A program made the position numbers and the translations under genes. Shown piece by piece: positions 25,063-34,757 of a DNA stretch of 64,000 bases. The stretch covers positions 778,270-842,269 of the forward strand of contig CAVTON010000001.1 of NCBI GenBank assembly GCA_963736455.1, read 5' to 3'. The stretch is from an uncultured Acidobacteriota bacterium (GTDB lineage: Bacteria; Acidobacteriota; Thermoanaerobaculia; UBA5066; Gp7-AA6). The notes under the pieces are model-generated. The model was not told the DNA's origin, did not search any database, and worked only from the letters and a program-made list of their open reading frames with translations. How positions within the stretch are numbered: position 1 is the stretch's first letter; each line of letters begins with the position of its first letter.

Positions 25063-26271
25063 GCCCATGCTCGAGAGCTCGAACGCGATCCTCATGAAGA
25101 CGTGGAAGGAGACCGGGTTTCGCGAGTAGACCGGGTCGAGCCGGTCCGTGAACCGGTAGAGCGTCACGTCGGCGCCGAGTCCCGTCGAGAGAAATGAGAC
25201 CACCGGGAAATTCCGCGCGTAGCCGAGCGTGGCGGCATCGACGCGAGTCCGGTCCGGCGGAACGCCCGGCGGCGGCTGGCTCTTGTGCACGAGCACGAAG
25301 AGGTCTCGATCGACCGCCTCGAGACGGCCGTAGATCGTGTTCCAGTGCCCGAACACCCAGTTCCACTCGAGGAGCGTCCCCCACGCGACCTCGCCGCTCT
25401 CCTCGTTGCGCCCCGTGATGAGCGATACGGCGAGCGACCCGTCCGGCAGGACCGTCTCGTAGGCGATCATTCCCGTCAGCCGGGTGAGGTCACCGGGCTC
25501 CGCCGCTTCCGGGTTGGTGAGATGTCCCCCCGAGACCTGCACCGTCCAGCCTTCCAACGGAGTCACCGTCAGCCGCCCCGAGAACGAATCGATCGCTCCC
25601 GCCTGGATGTTCCAGCGGTTCTCGTCGGGCTCGGCGCCGTGAAAGGCCGACCCCTCGAGGACCACGCTCCCCGAGGTCAGGCCGAGCGTCAGCACGTCGT
25701 AGGAGATGTGGGTCGAATCCTGGTTGTGATGCGAAAGAGGGGCCGTGGGATTCTCGAGGGCCGATGCGCGGTGAACGAACGCCGGGGGACCGAGCGCCGG
25801 CTCGCCGACGGCCGCGGCATAGAACGAAAGGCTCGTGTCGCGCGAGAGCTGCTTCTCCCAGGAGCCGGCGATCTGCGCGAAGAAGTCGTGGGGATGCTGC
25901 ACGTCCACGAGAAGCACGCCCTGGTTGGTCTCCCCGGTCTGGAAGAGCTCCGGGCTGCCGGGCGACGGGATCGTCGCCGGCTCGAGCGACAGCGTTCCGA
26001 GCAGGGTGAGCTTTCCGCCGAGAAACGAGCGCATCGCCATGCCCATGAAGTGGTTCTGCGACTCGAGCGCGTGGCCGCCGGAGGGCCCGCCCTGGTCGTC
26101 GTAGTTCACGAACATCCAGCCGTGGACCATCGTCATCCAGTGGTCCATCGCGGGCATGTCCTTCATGGCCTTCATCGGATCTGCGGGCGGCAGGCTCCCG
26201 CCCTCCTGCGCGTGGGCGCACATGACGAGGCCGAAACAGAAAACGAAAGCCATCGGGATTCGAACCGGCAT
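25045..26271 (-). CDS. Secreted hypothetical protein with Met/His-rich N-terminal motif
   Basis: Signal peptide (FVFCFGLVMCAHA), then PMKAMKDMPAMDHWMTMVHGWM (Met/His-rich, copper-site-like); no recognisable domain; 408 aa. Confidence 0.5.
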   Translation of the reverse strand: MPVRIPMAFVFCFGLVMCAHAQEGGSLPPADPMKAMKDMPAMDHWMTMVHGWMFVNYDDQGGPSGGHALESQNHFMGMAMRSFLGGKLTLLGTLSLEPATIPSPGSPELFQTGETNQGVLLVDVQHPHDFFAQIAGSWEKQLSRDTSLSFYAAAVGEPALGPPAFVHRASALENPTAPLSHHNQDSTHISYDVLTLGLTSGSVVLEGSAFHGAEPDENRWNIQAGAIDSFSGRLTVTPLEGWTVQVSGGHLTNPEAAEPGDLTRLTGMIAYETVLPDGSLAVSLITGRNEESGEVAWGTLLEWNWVFGHWNTIYGRLEAVDRDLFVLVHKSQPPPGVPPDRTRVDAATLGYARNFPVVSFLSTGLGADVTLYRFTDRLDPVYSRNPVSFHVFMRIAFELSSMGSHSMH

Positions 26272-26328
26272 TCCCTCTCCCCGTTGCCGGGCGGCGCCCG
26301 GCTGTCGCGAGACGAAAGCTCGCGCGGG

Positions 26329-26676
26329 TCAGAGGCGCCGGGCAGAGAGAACGGGAGGGCCGCCGAGGCTTCGCGCCTCCGTTCGGGCCGCCGGAGACTC
26401 GGGGAAAACAGCGAGGAGGACGGCGGCCCCGGAATGGCCGGCGAGGGGGGCCGCGATGGGCGCGCGAGTCGAATCGGTGACCGCGGGCGCGGCCGGGGCC
26501 GGCCGGGCGAGCGTGCCGTCACAGCCGCAGCAGGGCCCCGGCGCGAGCACCGGGATCGTGGCCGCATCGGACGACAGGGCGCAGCACGTCGGGCACAGCG
26601 CGGCAAGCGGCGCGGCGGCGAGGCCGAGGCCGAAGAGGACGGCGAGGACGAGGCGACGCGCGCGGTGAGAGATCAT
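26329..26676 (-). CDS. Small Cys-rich secreted protein, hypothetical
   Basis: 115 aa; signal peptide then CPTCC...PGPCCGCDG cysteine clusters; located 57 nt upstream of the Met-rich protein gene. It could be a GC-rich spurious ORF. Confidence 0.3.
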   Translation of the reverse strand: MISHRARRLVLAVLFGLGLAAAPLAALCPTCCALSSDAATIPVLAPGPCCGCDGTLARPAPAAPAVTDSTRAPIAAPLAGHSGAAVLLAVFPESPAARTEARSLGGPPVLSARRL

Positions 26677-26728
26677 CGGACCCCCCCGAGAACTCCGCCT
26701 CGGGAACGCGCATTCCCGACCGCGTGCA

Positions 26729-27604
26729 TCACTCTCCCCGCGTGAGCCGGCGATAGGTCCGCAGGTGCCGCAGCGCCTCCGCGGGCCGGCCCAGACGCTC
26801 GGCCAGAGCGGCCGCGTTGAAGTGCGCGTCGGCGTTGTCCGGATCGAGACGCACCGCGTGCTGGTATTCGAGCAGCGCCTCGGGCAGGCGGCGCAGGTCT
26901 TCGAGCGCGACGCCCAGGTTGAACGCCGCGGTCGCGTCCTCGGGCCGCAGCTCCAGCGCGCGGCGATAGAGGGGCTCGGCCGCCGCCGGCTCGCCCGACT
27001 CGTGCAGCAGCCGGCCGAGGTTCACGAGGGCATCGGTGTGATCGGGATCGAGCTCGAGCGCTCGCGCGTAGGCATCGCGGGCCTCGGCCGGGGAGGCCGG
27101 CTCGAGCTCGCAGGCCCATTCGTACCAGTCGTCGGCCGAGAGCTCCCCCGGGTCTTCCCGCGCCTCGCGAAGCGCCCGGCGTACCACGGGAGAGTTCTCC
27201 TGCGCGTCCGCGGCGCCGAAGTCGAAGAGGATCTGACCCGACTCCGGCTGCCAGCGCCGCGAGCCCTCCTCGACGACGATCCGGCTGCCCTCGGCGGCGA
27301 TCCGCACTCCCGTCAGCGGCCGGTTGGCCGGCATCTGCGCGCGCAGGCGTCGCAGGGCCCGTCGGATCCGTCGGTGAGGAACGCCCGCCTCGACGAGGCC
27401 TCCGGCCGTCCGCAGAAAGACCAGATCCTGGAACGAGAAGCGCCACCGGCGCCCGGCACCGCGCTCGGGAGAAAGGAATCCCGCGCGGACGTAGCCGCGC
27501 ACCCTCGAGTCCGGAACGGCGAGGAGCTTCGCGACTTCCCGGGTGGAGTAGCCCTTCAAGCCAATCTCAGGATACCCGAGATTGGCCCGTCGGGCGGCGG
27601 TCAA
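26729..27604 (-). CDS. MerR-family HTH domain + TPR-repeat protein
   Basis: N-terminal YSTREVAKLLAVPDSRVRGYVRAGFLSPER...WRFSFQDLVFLR fits the MerR HTH; the C-terminal half has TPR-like repeats (AYARALELDPDHTDALVNLGRLL...). Its ATG overlaps the Ku stop by 4 nt. Confidence 0.6.
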   Translation of the reverse strand: MTAARRANLGYPEIGLKGYSTREVAKLLAVPDSRVRGYVRAGFLSPERGAGRRWRFSFQDLVFLRTAGGLVEAGVPHRRIRRALRRLRAQMPANRPLTGVRIAAEGSRIVVEEGSRRWQPESGQILFDFGAADAQENSPVVRRALREAREDPGELSADDWYEWACELEPASPAEARDAYARALELDPDHTDALVNLGRLLHESGEPAAAEPLYRRALELRPEDATAAFNLGVALEDLRRLPEALLEYQHAVRLDPDNADAHFNAAALAERLGRPAEALRHLRTYRRLTRGE

Positions 27605-28494
27605 GCCTTGCGCGCCGACTCGCTTCTCATCTGCGCGACCCGGGCGGGCGCGCGCCTGGCAGGCTTGCGGGAAGACTCTCCGGCGGAGGCCGGCTTCGCC
27701 GAAGGAGCGGCCGCGGCCTCGGGCTTCTTCGCGAGGCTCGCCTTGAGGGCCTCCATCAGGTCGATGATCTGGCCGCCGCCCGCCTCGGGCGGGGCAATCG
27801 AAATGTCCTCGCCCTCGACCTTCTTCTGGATGAGCCCGAGAATCCGCTTCTTGACGTCGTCCTCGTAGGTCTCCGGCTTGAAGGCGTCCGTCGCGCGCTG
27901 GTCCACGAGCAGCTTGGCGAGGTCGAGCTCTTTCGCGCTGACCTCGGCCGATTCGACCGGGACGTCGGCGAACGATCGGACCTCGTCGGCGTAGTAGAGC
28001 TGCTGCATCACGATACCGCCGTCGAGCGGGCGCAGGAGAACGAGGTACTGCTTCCCGCGCGCCGCGTAGCGCGCCAGCGCGACTCGCCCGGTCTCCTGCA
28101 TCACCTTCGACAGCAGCGCGTACGCCTTGGCGCCGCCCTTGTCGGGGCCGACGTAGTAGGTGCGGTCGAAGTAGACCGGATCGACCTTCGCGATCGGGAC
28201 GAACTCGACGACCTCGATCGACTGTGTCGATTGCTCCTCGAGCGCCTTGAGCTCCTCGGGAGTGAAGGTGACGTAGCGGTCCTTCGAGAACTCGTAGCCC
28301 TTGACCATCTGGTCGCGGGGGACGACTTCGCCGTCCTTCGTGCAGAGATACTGCTGCTTCAGCCGCGCCCCGTCCTTACCGTGCAGCATGTTGAAGGAAA
28401 TGGCGGCCGACGCGTCCGCGGCCGCGTAGAGCTTGATCGGGATCGAGACCAGCCCGAAAGAGATCGTTCCCGCCGCTATAGGCCTTGCGCTCAT
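27601..28494 (-). CDS. ku: Ku protein (NHEJ DNA end-binding)
   Basis: MSARPIAAGTISFGLVSIPIKLYAA... is the canonical bacterial Ku N-terminus, with a Lys/Ala-rich C-terminal tail; 297 aa. The upstream 2.5 kb of the 1143-aa ORF is antisense to ligD and is an artefact. Confidence 0.9.
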   Translation of the reverse strand: MSARPIAAGTISFGLVSIPIKLYAAADASAAISFNMLHGKDGARLKQQYLCTKDGEVVPRDQMVKGYEFSKDRYVTFTPEELKALEEQSTQSIEVVEFVPIAKVDPVYFDRTYYVGPDKGGAKAYALLSKVMQETGRVALARYAARGKQYLVLLRPLDGGIVMQQLYYADEVRSFADVPVESAEVSAKELDLAKLLVDQRATDAFKPETYEDDVKKRILGLIQKKVEGEDISIAPPEAGGGQIIDLMEALKASLAKKPEAAAAPSAKPASAGESSRKPARRAPARVAQMRSESARKA

Positions 28495-28518
28495 AGGTTT
28501 AGGACCGACAAGGTTAAC

Positions 28519-31071
28519 ATGGCCCGGGGTCCGCCGAAGTTGTCGCTCGAAAAATACCGTCAGAAGCGCTCCGCCGATTCGACGCCCGAGCCCTTCGGGC
28601 GCGCCGGCCCGGGGCGTCCGCATCTCTTCGTGGTTCAGAAACATGCGGCCACGCGCCTGCACTACGACTTCCGCCTGGAGTGGGACGGGGTCCTGAAGTC
28701 CTGGGCCGTTCCCCAGGGCCCCTCGCCCGACCCCGCCGAGAAGAGGCTCGCGGTCGAGGTCGAGGACCATCCGGTCGAGTACGCCGATTTCGAAGGCGTC
28801 ATCCCCGAGGGCAACTACGGCGCCGGCGAGGTCATCGTCTGGGACCAGGGACGCTGGACGCCGCTCGCCGACCTCGACGAAGGGATGAAGAAGGGAAAGC
28901 TCCTCTTCGAGCTGTCCGGCTACAAGCTCCGCGGCCGCTGGACGCTCGTCCGCATGAAGACGAAGGGCAAGACCACGGGCAAAGAGTGGCTGCTGATCAA
29001 GGAGCGCGACGGGTTCGTGCGAAAGGGTCCGGAGGCGGCCTATCCGCAGGAGTCGATCTTCTCGGGACGCACGGTCGAGGACCTGGCCTCGGGCTCGAGC
29101 CGCGCGGCGGAGATTCGCGAGGAGCTCGTCCGGCTGGGGGCGCCCCGGCGCGAGGTGAGAATTCGGGACGTCAAGCTGATGCTCGCCGAGACCCGCGAGG
29201 CGGCGTTCACGCGGCCGGGCTGGATCTGGGAGCTCAAGTACGACGGCTATCGCCTCCTCGCCGGCCGCGAGGACGGGAAGCCGGCGCTGCGCTACCGCCA
29301 CGGCATGGACTCGACCGGGACGTTTCCCGAAATCGCCCGCGCGGTCGCGGCGCTTCCCTCCGAGAGCTTCATCCTCGACGGCGAGGTCGTGGTCCTCGAT
29401 GCGAAGTCTCAGCCGCGCTTCGGCCTGCTCCAGAAACGCGCGCTCCTTCAGCGCCGGCCCGACATCGATCGGGCCGCGGTCGAGCTTCCGGCCACGCTCT
29501 TCGCCTTCGACCTGCTCGCCTTCGAAGGCTTCGACCTGCGCCCGCTCCCGCTCGTTCAGCGCAAGGCGCTGCTTCGAAAGCTGCTGCCTCGCGCCGGTCC
29601 CGTGCGCTTTGCGGACGACGTCGCCGAGCGGGGCGACGATCTGCTCGCGGCCGCCGGCGAGCTCCACCTCGAAGGAGTCGTCGGCAAGAAGGCCGACTCG
29701 CCGTACCGGGGGGCGCGCTCCGGAGACTGGGTCAAGGTGAGGCTCGACCGGACCGGCGACTTCGCCGTCGTGGGCTACACGAAGCCGGATGGGGCGCGGT
29801 CCGGTTTCGGAGCGCTCCACCTCGCCTCGTGGCAGGACGGAGGCCTCGTCTATGCCGGCCGCGTCGGGACGGGCTTTTCCGAGAAACAGCTCGCCGAGCT
29901 CCACGGGCGCCTCTCGAAGAAAGCGCGTTCGTCTCCCGGATTCGGCGGCGCGGTTCCGACGGGGCGCGGCCACGTCTGGGTCGAGCCCGAGCTCGTCGTC
30001 GAGGTCAGGTTCAAGGAGCGGACGACCGACGGCCTCCTGCGCCACCCCGCGTTCCTGCGGGTCCGCGACGACAAGCCGATCGACGAGTGCGTTCGCGAGG
30101 ACGATCCGGGCGCCGGCGAGCCCGACGCCGCTCCGCCGGCCTCGGAGGCCGCCGCGCCGGCCCCGATCGAGCCCGAGGAGAAGACCGTTCCGTTTTCCAA
30201 CCTCACGAAGGTCTTCTGGCCCGACGAGGGATACACCAAGGGCGATCTGATCGACTACTACCGCGCGATCTCGCCGTGGCTCCTCCCCTACCTGAGGGAC
30301 CGCCCGCTCGTGATGACCCGTTACCCCGACGGCATCGCCGGAAAGTCGTTCTTCCAGAAGGACGCCCCGCACTTCGCGCCCGACTGGATCCGTCTCGAGC
30401 GCATCTGGAGCGAGCACGCCGAGCGCGAGATCGATTACTTCGTCTGCGACGACGTCGAGACCCTTCTCTACGTGGCGAACCTCGGGTCGATTCCCCTGCA
30501 CGTCTGGGCGAGCCGCGTGGCGTCGCCCGAGCGCCCCGACTGGTGCATCCTCGACCTCGATCCGAAGGGGGCGCCGTTCTCGCACGTCGTCGAGATCGCG
30601 AACGCGATTCACGTCCTCTGCGACGAGATCGGCCTTCCGAACTTCATCAAGACGAGCGGCGCCACGGGCCTTCACGTCCTGCTGCCCCTCGGCGGCCAGT
30701 GCACGCACGCCGAATCCCGGACGCTCGGCGAGATCCTCGCCCGCGCGATCGAGCAGGATCACGGGAAGGTCGCGACGACCGCGCGCATGCTCGGTTCGCG
30801 GGGCGGGAAGGTCTACGTCGACTATCTTCAGAACGGCCACGGCAAGACCATCGCCGGTCCGTTCTCGGCCCGGCCCGTTCCGGGCGCGACCTGCTCCGCG
30901 CCGCTCCGGTGGACCGAGGTCAACGCCAGGCTCGATCCGAGGAACTACACGATCAAGACCCTTCCGGCGCGCATGAAGCGCGCGAAGAACGACCCCCTGG
31001 CCCCGGTCCTCACGCTCAAACCGGACATCCACTCCGCCCTCGCGCGGCTGACGGAACGCCTCAGGAACTGA
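28519..31071 (+). CDS. ligD: Multidomain ATP-dependent DNA ligase LigD (phosphoesterase-ligase-polymerase order)
   Basis: N-terminal PE domain (FVVQKHAATRLHYDFRLE), ligase domain with motif I WIWELKYDGYRLLA, and a C-terminal primase-polymerase domain (LLPYLRDRPLVMTRYPDGI...SIPLHVW); 850 aa; ATG at 28519. Confidence 0.9.
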   Translation: MARGPPKLSLEKYRQKRSADSTPEPFGRAGPGRPHLFVVQKHAATRLHYDFRLEWDGVLKSWAVPQGPSPDPAEKRLAVEVEDHPVEYADFEGVIPEGNYGAGEVIVWDQGRWTPLADLDEGMKKGKLLFELSGYKLRGRWTLVRMKTKGKTTGKEWLLIKERDGFVRKGPEAAYPQESIFSGRTVEDLASGSSRAAEIREELVRLGAPRREVRIRDVKLMLAETREAAFTRPGWIWELKYDGYRLLAGREDGKPALRYRHGMDSTGTFPEIARAVAALPSESFILDGEVVVLDAKSQPRFGLLQKRALLQRRPDIDRAAVELPATLFAFDLLAFEGFDLRPLPLVQRKALLRKLLPRAGPVRFADDVAERGDDLLAAAGELHLEGVVGKKADSPYRGARSGDWVKVRLDRTGDFAVVGYTKPDGARSGFGALHLASWQDGGLVYAGRVGTGFSEKQLAELHGRLSKKARSSPGFGGAVPTGRGHVWVEPELVVEVRFKERTTDGLLRHPAFLRVRDDKPIDECVREDDPGAGEPDAAPPASEAAAPAPIEPEEKTVPFSNLTKVFWPDEGYTKGDLIDYYRAISPWLLPYLRDRPLVMTRYPDGIAGKSFFQKDAPHFAPDWIRLERIWSEHAEREIDYFVCDDVETLLYVANLGSIPLHVWASRVASPERPDWCILDLDPKGAPFSHVVEIANAIHVLCDEIGLPNFIKTSGATGLHVLLPLGGQCTHAESRTLGEILARAIEQDHGKVATTARMLGSRGGKVYVDYLQNGHGKTIAGPFSARPVPGATCSAPLRWTEVNARLDPRNYTIKTLPARMKRAKNDPLAPVLTLKPDIHSALARLTERLRN

Positions 31072-31771
31072 GGGCCGGTCCGAAGGACTTCAGAAACTCC
31101 GCGGCCAGGCGCGGCCCCGAGCCCGCGTCCTCGTGCTTGAAGAAGACGTACGCGTCGGACCAGGGCTGTGCGCGCACCCTCGCGGCCCACTCCGCGACCG
31201 CCGCGTCGTCGTAGTCCTGCCGGCGAAGGCGCAGGTATCCCCAGGGCGCCGTCGTCACGAGCGGCGTCGCGAGCTCCTCGTCCTCCGCCACGCACAGCGC
31301 CGCTCCGCGCGACCGCAGAGCCTCGAAGACGTCGTCCTCGAACCAGGAGGCGTGGCGGAACTCGAAGGCGGCGCGCCGGCCCTCCGGGATCGTCTCGAGA
31401 AACGCCTCGAGACGCGGGAGGTCCTTCTTGAGGTTCGGCGGCAGCTGGAAGAGCGCCGGACCGAGCCGGTCGCCGAGCGTGGAGGCGACGCCGAAGAAGT
31501 ACTCGACCTCCGAGCCGGCGTCTTTCAGCCGCTTGAAGTGCGTGATTCGCTGGGAGGCCTTCAGCACGAACCGAAAATCCGGGGAGACCTCCGCGGCCCA
31601 GCTCTCGAGCAGTGCGGGCTTCGGCATGCGATAGAAGGTGTTGTTGATCTCGACGGCGGGAAGCCGCTCGGCGTACCAGGCGAGCATCCGGTCCGCGGCC
31701 AGGTCCTCCGGATAGAAGCTCCCCTTCCACTCCTTGTAGCTGAAGCCGCTCGTCCCGGCGAGGACGCGCAT
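31061..31771 (-). CDS. DUF72 family protein
   Basis: MRVLAGTSGFSYKEWKGSFYP...FEFRHASWF is typical DUF72; 236 aa. Confidence 0.8.
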   Translation of the reverse strand: MRVLAGTSGFSYKEWKGSFYPEDLAADRMLAWYAERLPAVEINNTFYRMPKPALLESWAAEVSPDFRFVLKASQRITHFKRLKDAGSEVEYFFGVASTLGDRLGPALFQLPPNLKKDLPRLEAFLETIPEGRRAAFEFRHASWFEDDVFEALRSRGAALCVAEDEELATPLVTTAPWGYLRLRRQDYDDAAVAEWAARVRAQPWSDAYVFFKHEDAGSGPRLAAEFLKSFGPALSS

Positions 31772-31797
31772 GGGGAAACTCTATACTCTCCCGCTCC

Positions 31798-33312
31798 ATG
31801 TCCACGCCTCGTTTCGATCCGCGGCGCCGCCGCGTCGTGACGCTCGCGCTCATGCTCGTCACGGCTCTGGCGTCGTTCGAGTCGACGGTCGTCTCGACCG
31901 CGATGCCGACGATCATCGGAGACCTCGGCGGCCTGCCCCTCTACTCGTGGGTCTTCTCGATCTACCTCCTCGCGGCGACCGTCATGATGCCGATCTACGG
32001 GCGGCTCGCCGACATCTACGGACGGCGCCGAATCCTGCTGACCGCGATCTCGGTGTTCCTCTCCGGAGCGGTCGCGTGCAGCCTGGCGCGGTCGATGCCG
32101 CAGCTCATCGCGGCGCGCGGCCTTCAGGGCCTCGGAGCCGCGGGCCTCGTGCCGATCGCGCTGACGGTCTCGGGCGACCTCTTCTCGCTCGAGCAGCGCG
32201 CGAGAGTGCAGGGCCTGTTTTCGAGCGTCTGGGGCACCGCGAGCCTGATCGGGCCGCTGCTCGGCGCCTGGATGACGATGTCCTTCGGCTGGCGCTCGAT
32301 CTTTCGGATCAACATTCCGCTCGGCATCGTCGCGTTCATCCTGGTCGCGACGCAGATGATCGAGTCGCGCGATCGGCGCGGCGATCCGCTCGACCTGGCC
32401 GGCGCGGCGAGCCTCGCGGTCGGCGTGACGGCGCTGCTCTTCGCGGTGCTGCACCGGCCGGCCGGCGCGAAGGCGAGCCTGGCGCTGCGACTCGGACTGC
32501 TCGTTCTCGCGGCGGCCTCCCTGACCCTCTTCGCCCGGCTCCAGCTCCGGCGGCACCACCCCCTGATCCCTCCGCGGCTCTTCGCGCGGCTGGAGACGGC
32601 GGCGCCCTACCTCGGCGGCGTCCTGCTCGGGACCACGATCTTCGGCGTGGATACGTTCGTCCCGCTGTTCGTCCAGGGCGCGCGGGGAGGAACGGCCGGA
32701 GCCGCCGGCGCGGTCGTCACGCCTCTCGTCTTCTTCTGGGCGACCTCGGCGACGCTCGCGGCGCGCCTGATCGTGCGTTTCGGCTTCCGGAAAACGGCCC
32801 GCCTCGGTGCGATCCTGATCTTCGCCGGGCTCCTCTGGCTCGTGGCGGCGGCCTACCTCAACGCTTCCGTGCCCTGGATCTCGGCGGCGTGCGCGGTCGT
32901 CGGCGCCGGCCTCGGCCCTTCCTCGATGTCGCAGGTCCTGGGCATCCAGGCCGTCGTGGACGAGAGGGAGCGGGGCGTGGCGACGAGCCTCGTCCCGTTT
33001 TTCCGGGCGGTCGGCGGATCGATCGGCGTCGGCGCGCTCGGTGGACTGCTCGCCGCGGGCCTCGACCGGCGGCTCGGCCCCGCGGCGGAAACGGCGGGCC
33101 GGTTTCTCGCGACGGGCGAGAGCGGCGGCACGGGCGGAGCGATGGCGCCGGCGATGTTTCGGACGGCGATCGAGGGATCGCTCATCCCGGTCTTCGCGAT
33201 CCTCGCGGCGCTCGCGGTCGTCAACTTTCTCGCGGCGAGCCGGTTCCCCGAGCGCGAGGTCGCCGCGGGAGAGGTCGTGGTTCGACGCGATGTACCGCTT
33301 TCCTTCGATTGA
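31798..33312 (+). CDS. MFS transporter, DHA2 (EmrB/QacA-like, 14-TMS) family
   Basis: TALASFESTVVSTAMPTI, GRLADIYGRRRIL and RGLQGLGAAG motifs; 504 aa. Confidence 0.85.
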   Translation: MSTPRFDPRRRRVVTLALMLVTALASFESTVVSTAMPTIIGDLGGLPLYSWVFSIYLLAATVMMPIYGRLADIYGRRRILLTAISVFLSGAVACSLARSMPQLIAARGLQGLGAAGLVPIALTVSGDLFSLEQRARVQGLFSSVWGTASLIGPLLGAWMTMSFGWRSIFRINIPLGIVAFILVATQMIESRDRRGDPLDLAGAASLAVGVTALLFAVLHRPAGAKASLALRLGLLVLAAASLTLFARLQLRRHHPLIPPRLFARLETAAPYLGGVLLGTTIFGVDTFVPLFVQGARGGTAGAAGAVVTPLVFFWATSATLAARLIVRFGFRKTARLGAILIFAGLLWLVAAAYLNASVPWISAACAVVGAGLGPSSMSQVLGIQAVVDERERGVATSLVPFFRAVGGSIGVGALGGLLAAGLDRRLGPAAETAGRFLATGESGGTGGAMAPAMFRTAIEGSLIPVFAILAALAVVNFLAASRFPEREVAAGEVVVRRDVPLSFD

Positions 33313-34219
33313 GCTCGGCGTAACCGTAGACGAGGGCAAGACTCCTCCATGGGCGCCAGCGCGCGGCGAACCGCCGCATCGCCTCTTCCTTCGCCTTCTC
33401 TCTCCGGCCGAGCAGGCCCTGCGCGAGATACTTGACGACGCCGAGGTCGCCCGCGGGAAAGATGTCGGCTCGGCCGAGGCCTCGCAGCAGTGCGATCTCC
33501 GCGGTCCAGCGTCCGACGCCGTGAAATTCCGTCAGCCTTTCGATCGCGGTCTCGTCGTCGTGGATCTCCAGGTCGGCCTCGTCGAGCGCGCCGCGGTCGA
33601 ACGCTTCCGCCAGCCCCAGGATCGCCTTCGCCTTGGTATCGGAGAGGCGGAAACGCCGCATCGTCCGTACCGTCTCGGCGGAAAGGGCGCCCGGACGCGG
33701 GAAGGCGAAGTACGTCACGCCGCCGAAACGCGCACGCCGGCCGAACGTCTCGGCGAGGTCGCGCCGGATGTCGTACGCGAAGAGCAGATTGACCTGCTGG
33801 GCGAGGATCGCGGTGACGAGGGCCTCCCACAGCGACGGCACGCCGGCGGCCCTCAACCCTCGGAAGTCTCGGATGGCGGCGCCGATGACGCCGTCGCCCG
33901 CGAAGGCGCGATAAAAGGGGCGGACCGGCTGCGCCGCGCCCAGGGCTCGCCCCACGATCCGATCCGCCGCCGCGCGCGCCCCGGGAGAGCCCGCCTCGCG
34001 TCCCGAAAGGCCGATCGCGAGGACCGCGCGGTCCGGCGAGCCGCTTTGCGTCACTTCGAGCAGGACGCCGCTTCGCCCGACGGGCAGAAAGCGCCGGTAG
34101 GTCGTCCCGTCGAAACGATCCACGACCTCGGGAAACCGCGCGTAGCGCTCGGCCGTCAACGGGAGCGAATAGGGCCGCTCGGGAACCAGGCGTCGAACGA
34201 TGATTCGCTCGCGCGCCAT
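33221..34219 (-). CDS. alkA: DNA-3-methyladenine glycosylase II / HhH-GPD family (AlkA-like)
   Basis: HhH-GPD region LTEFHGVGRWTAEIALLRGLGRADIFPAGDLGV with a catalytic Asp; the 3' end overlaps the MFS gene by 92 nt (convergent), so the true stop may be earlier. Confidence 0.7.
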   Translation of the reverse strand: MARERIIVRRLVPERPYSLPLTAERYARFPEVVDRFDGTTYRRFLPVGRSGVLLEVTQSGSPDRAVLAIGLSGREAGSPGARAAADRIVGRALGAAQPVRPFYRAFAGDGVIGAAIRDFRGLRAAGVPSLWEALVTAILAQQVNLLFAYDIRRDLAETFGRRARFGGVTYFAFPRPGALSAETVRTMRRFRLSDTKAKAILGLAEAFDRGALDEADLEIHDDETAIERLTEFHGVGRWTAEIALLRGLGRADIFPAGDLGVVKYLAQGLLGRREKAKEEAMRRFAARWRPWRSLALVYGYAELNRRKAVHRVEPRPLPRRPRARGTGSPRES

Positions 34220-34305
34220 GCGTTCATCCTATCGCCGCCTCCCCGAACGCACTAAGCTCCGCTCCGAGGTCCCGAACGGCTCGTGTCCGTCGGGAGAAGC
34301 GCCGA

Positions 34306-34724
34306 TGAACTTTGCGCGTCTGTTGCTCGCCGCGGGTGCCGCCGACGTCGTGTACTTCGCACTCGGCTTCGCCTTTTTCGGCGTGGGACCCCTGCGCCAC
34401 GAGTTCGCCCGTTATCCCGCCGTCTATCGGCCCCAGGAGTCGATGAAGGGCGTGATGCCGGTGGGAATGGCCGGCATGGCCCTCGCGATGCTGGCCCTCG
34501 CGACCCTGTTCGCGATGATGGATCCCGGGAGGTCCGGATTCGCCGCGGGGGCGCGCTTCGGCGCGCTCGTGGGCGTCTTCTCGGTTTGCGCCTTCGTCGT
34601 GCACAACCACGTCAACCTCAACATCGGATGGCGGCTCACGCTGGGACAGGCGGTGGCCTACTTCGTGGAGTGGACGGCGGTCGGCATCACGATCGGCCTC
34701 GTCTATCGGCCGGCGAAGGGATAG
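34306..34724 (+). CDS. Small hypothetical membrane protein
   Basis: Probable start MNFARLLLAAG... inside the 174-aa ORF; 3-4 hydrophobic helices; no recognisable domain. Confidence 0.4.
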
Positions 34725-34757
34725 GCTCCCCGCCATACCGATGCGAAGGAGGCAGGG

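Noticed and set aside
27601-31032. 1143-aa minus-strand ORF
   Set aside because: Only the last 894 nt (28494-27601) encode Ku. The upstream 2.5 kb is antisense to ligD with no homology.
28680-31214. 844-aa plus-strand ORF
   Set aside because: Alternative frame of ligD (Arg-rich).
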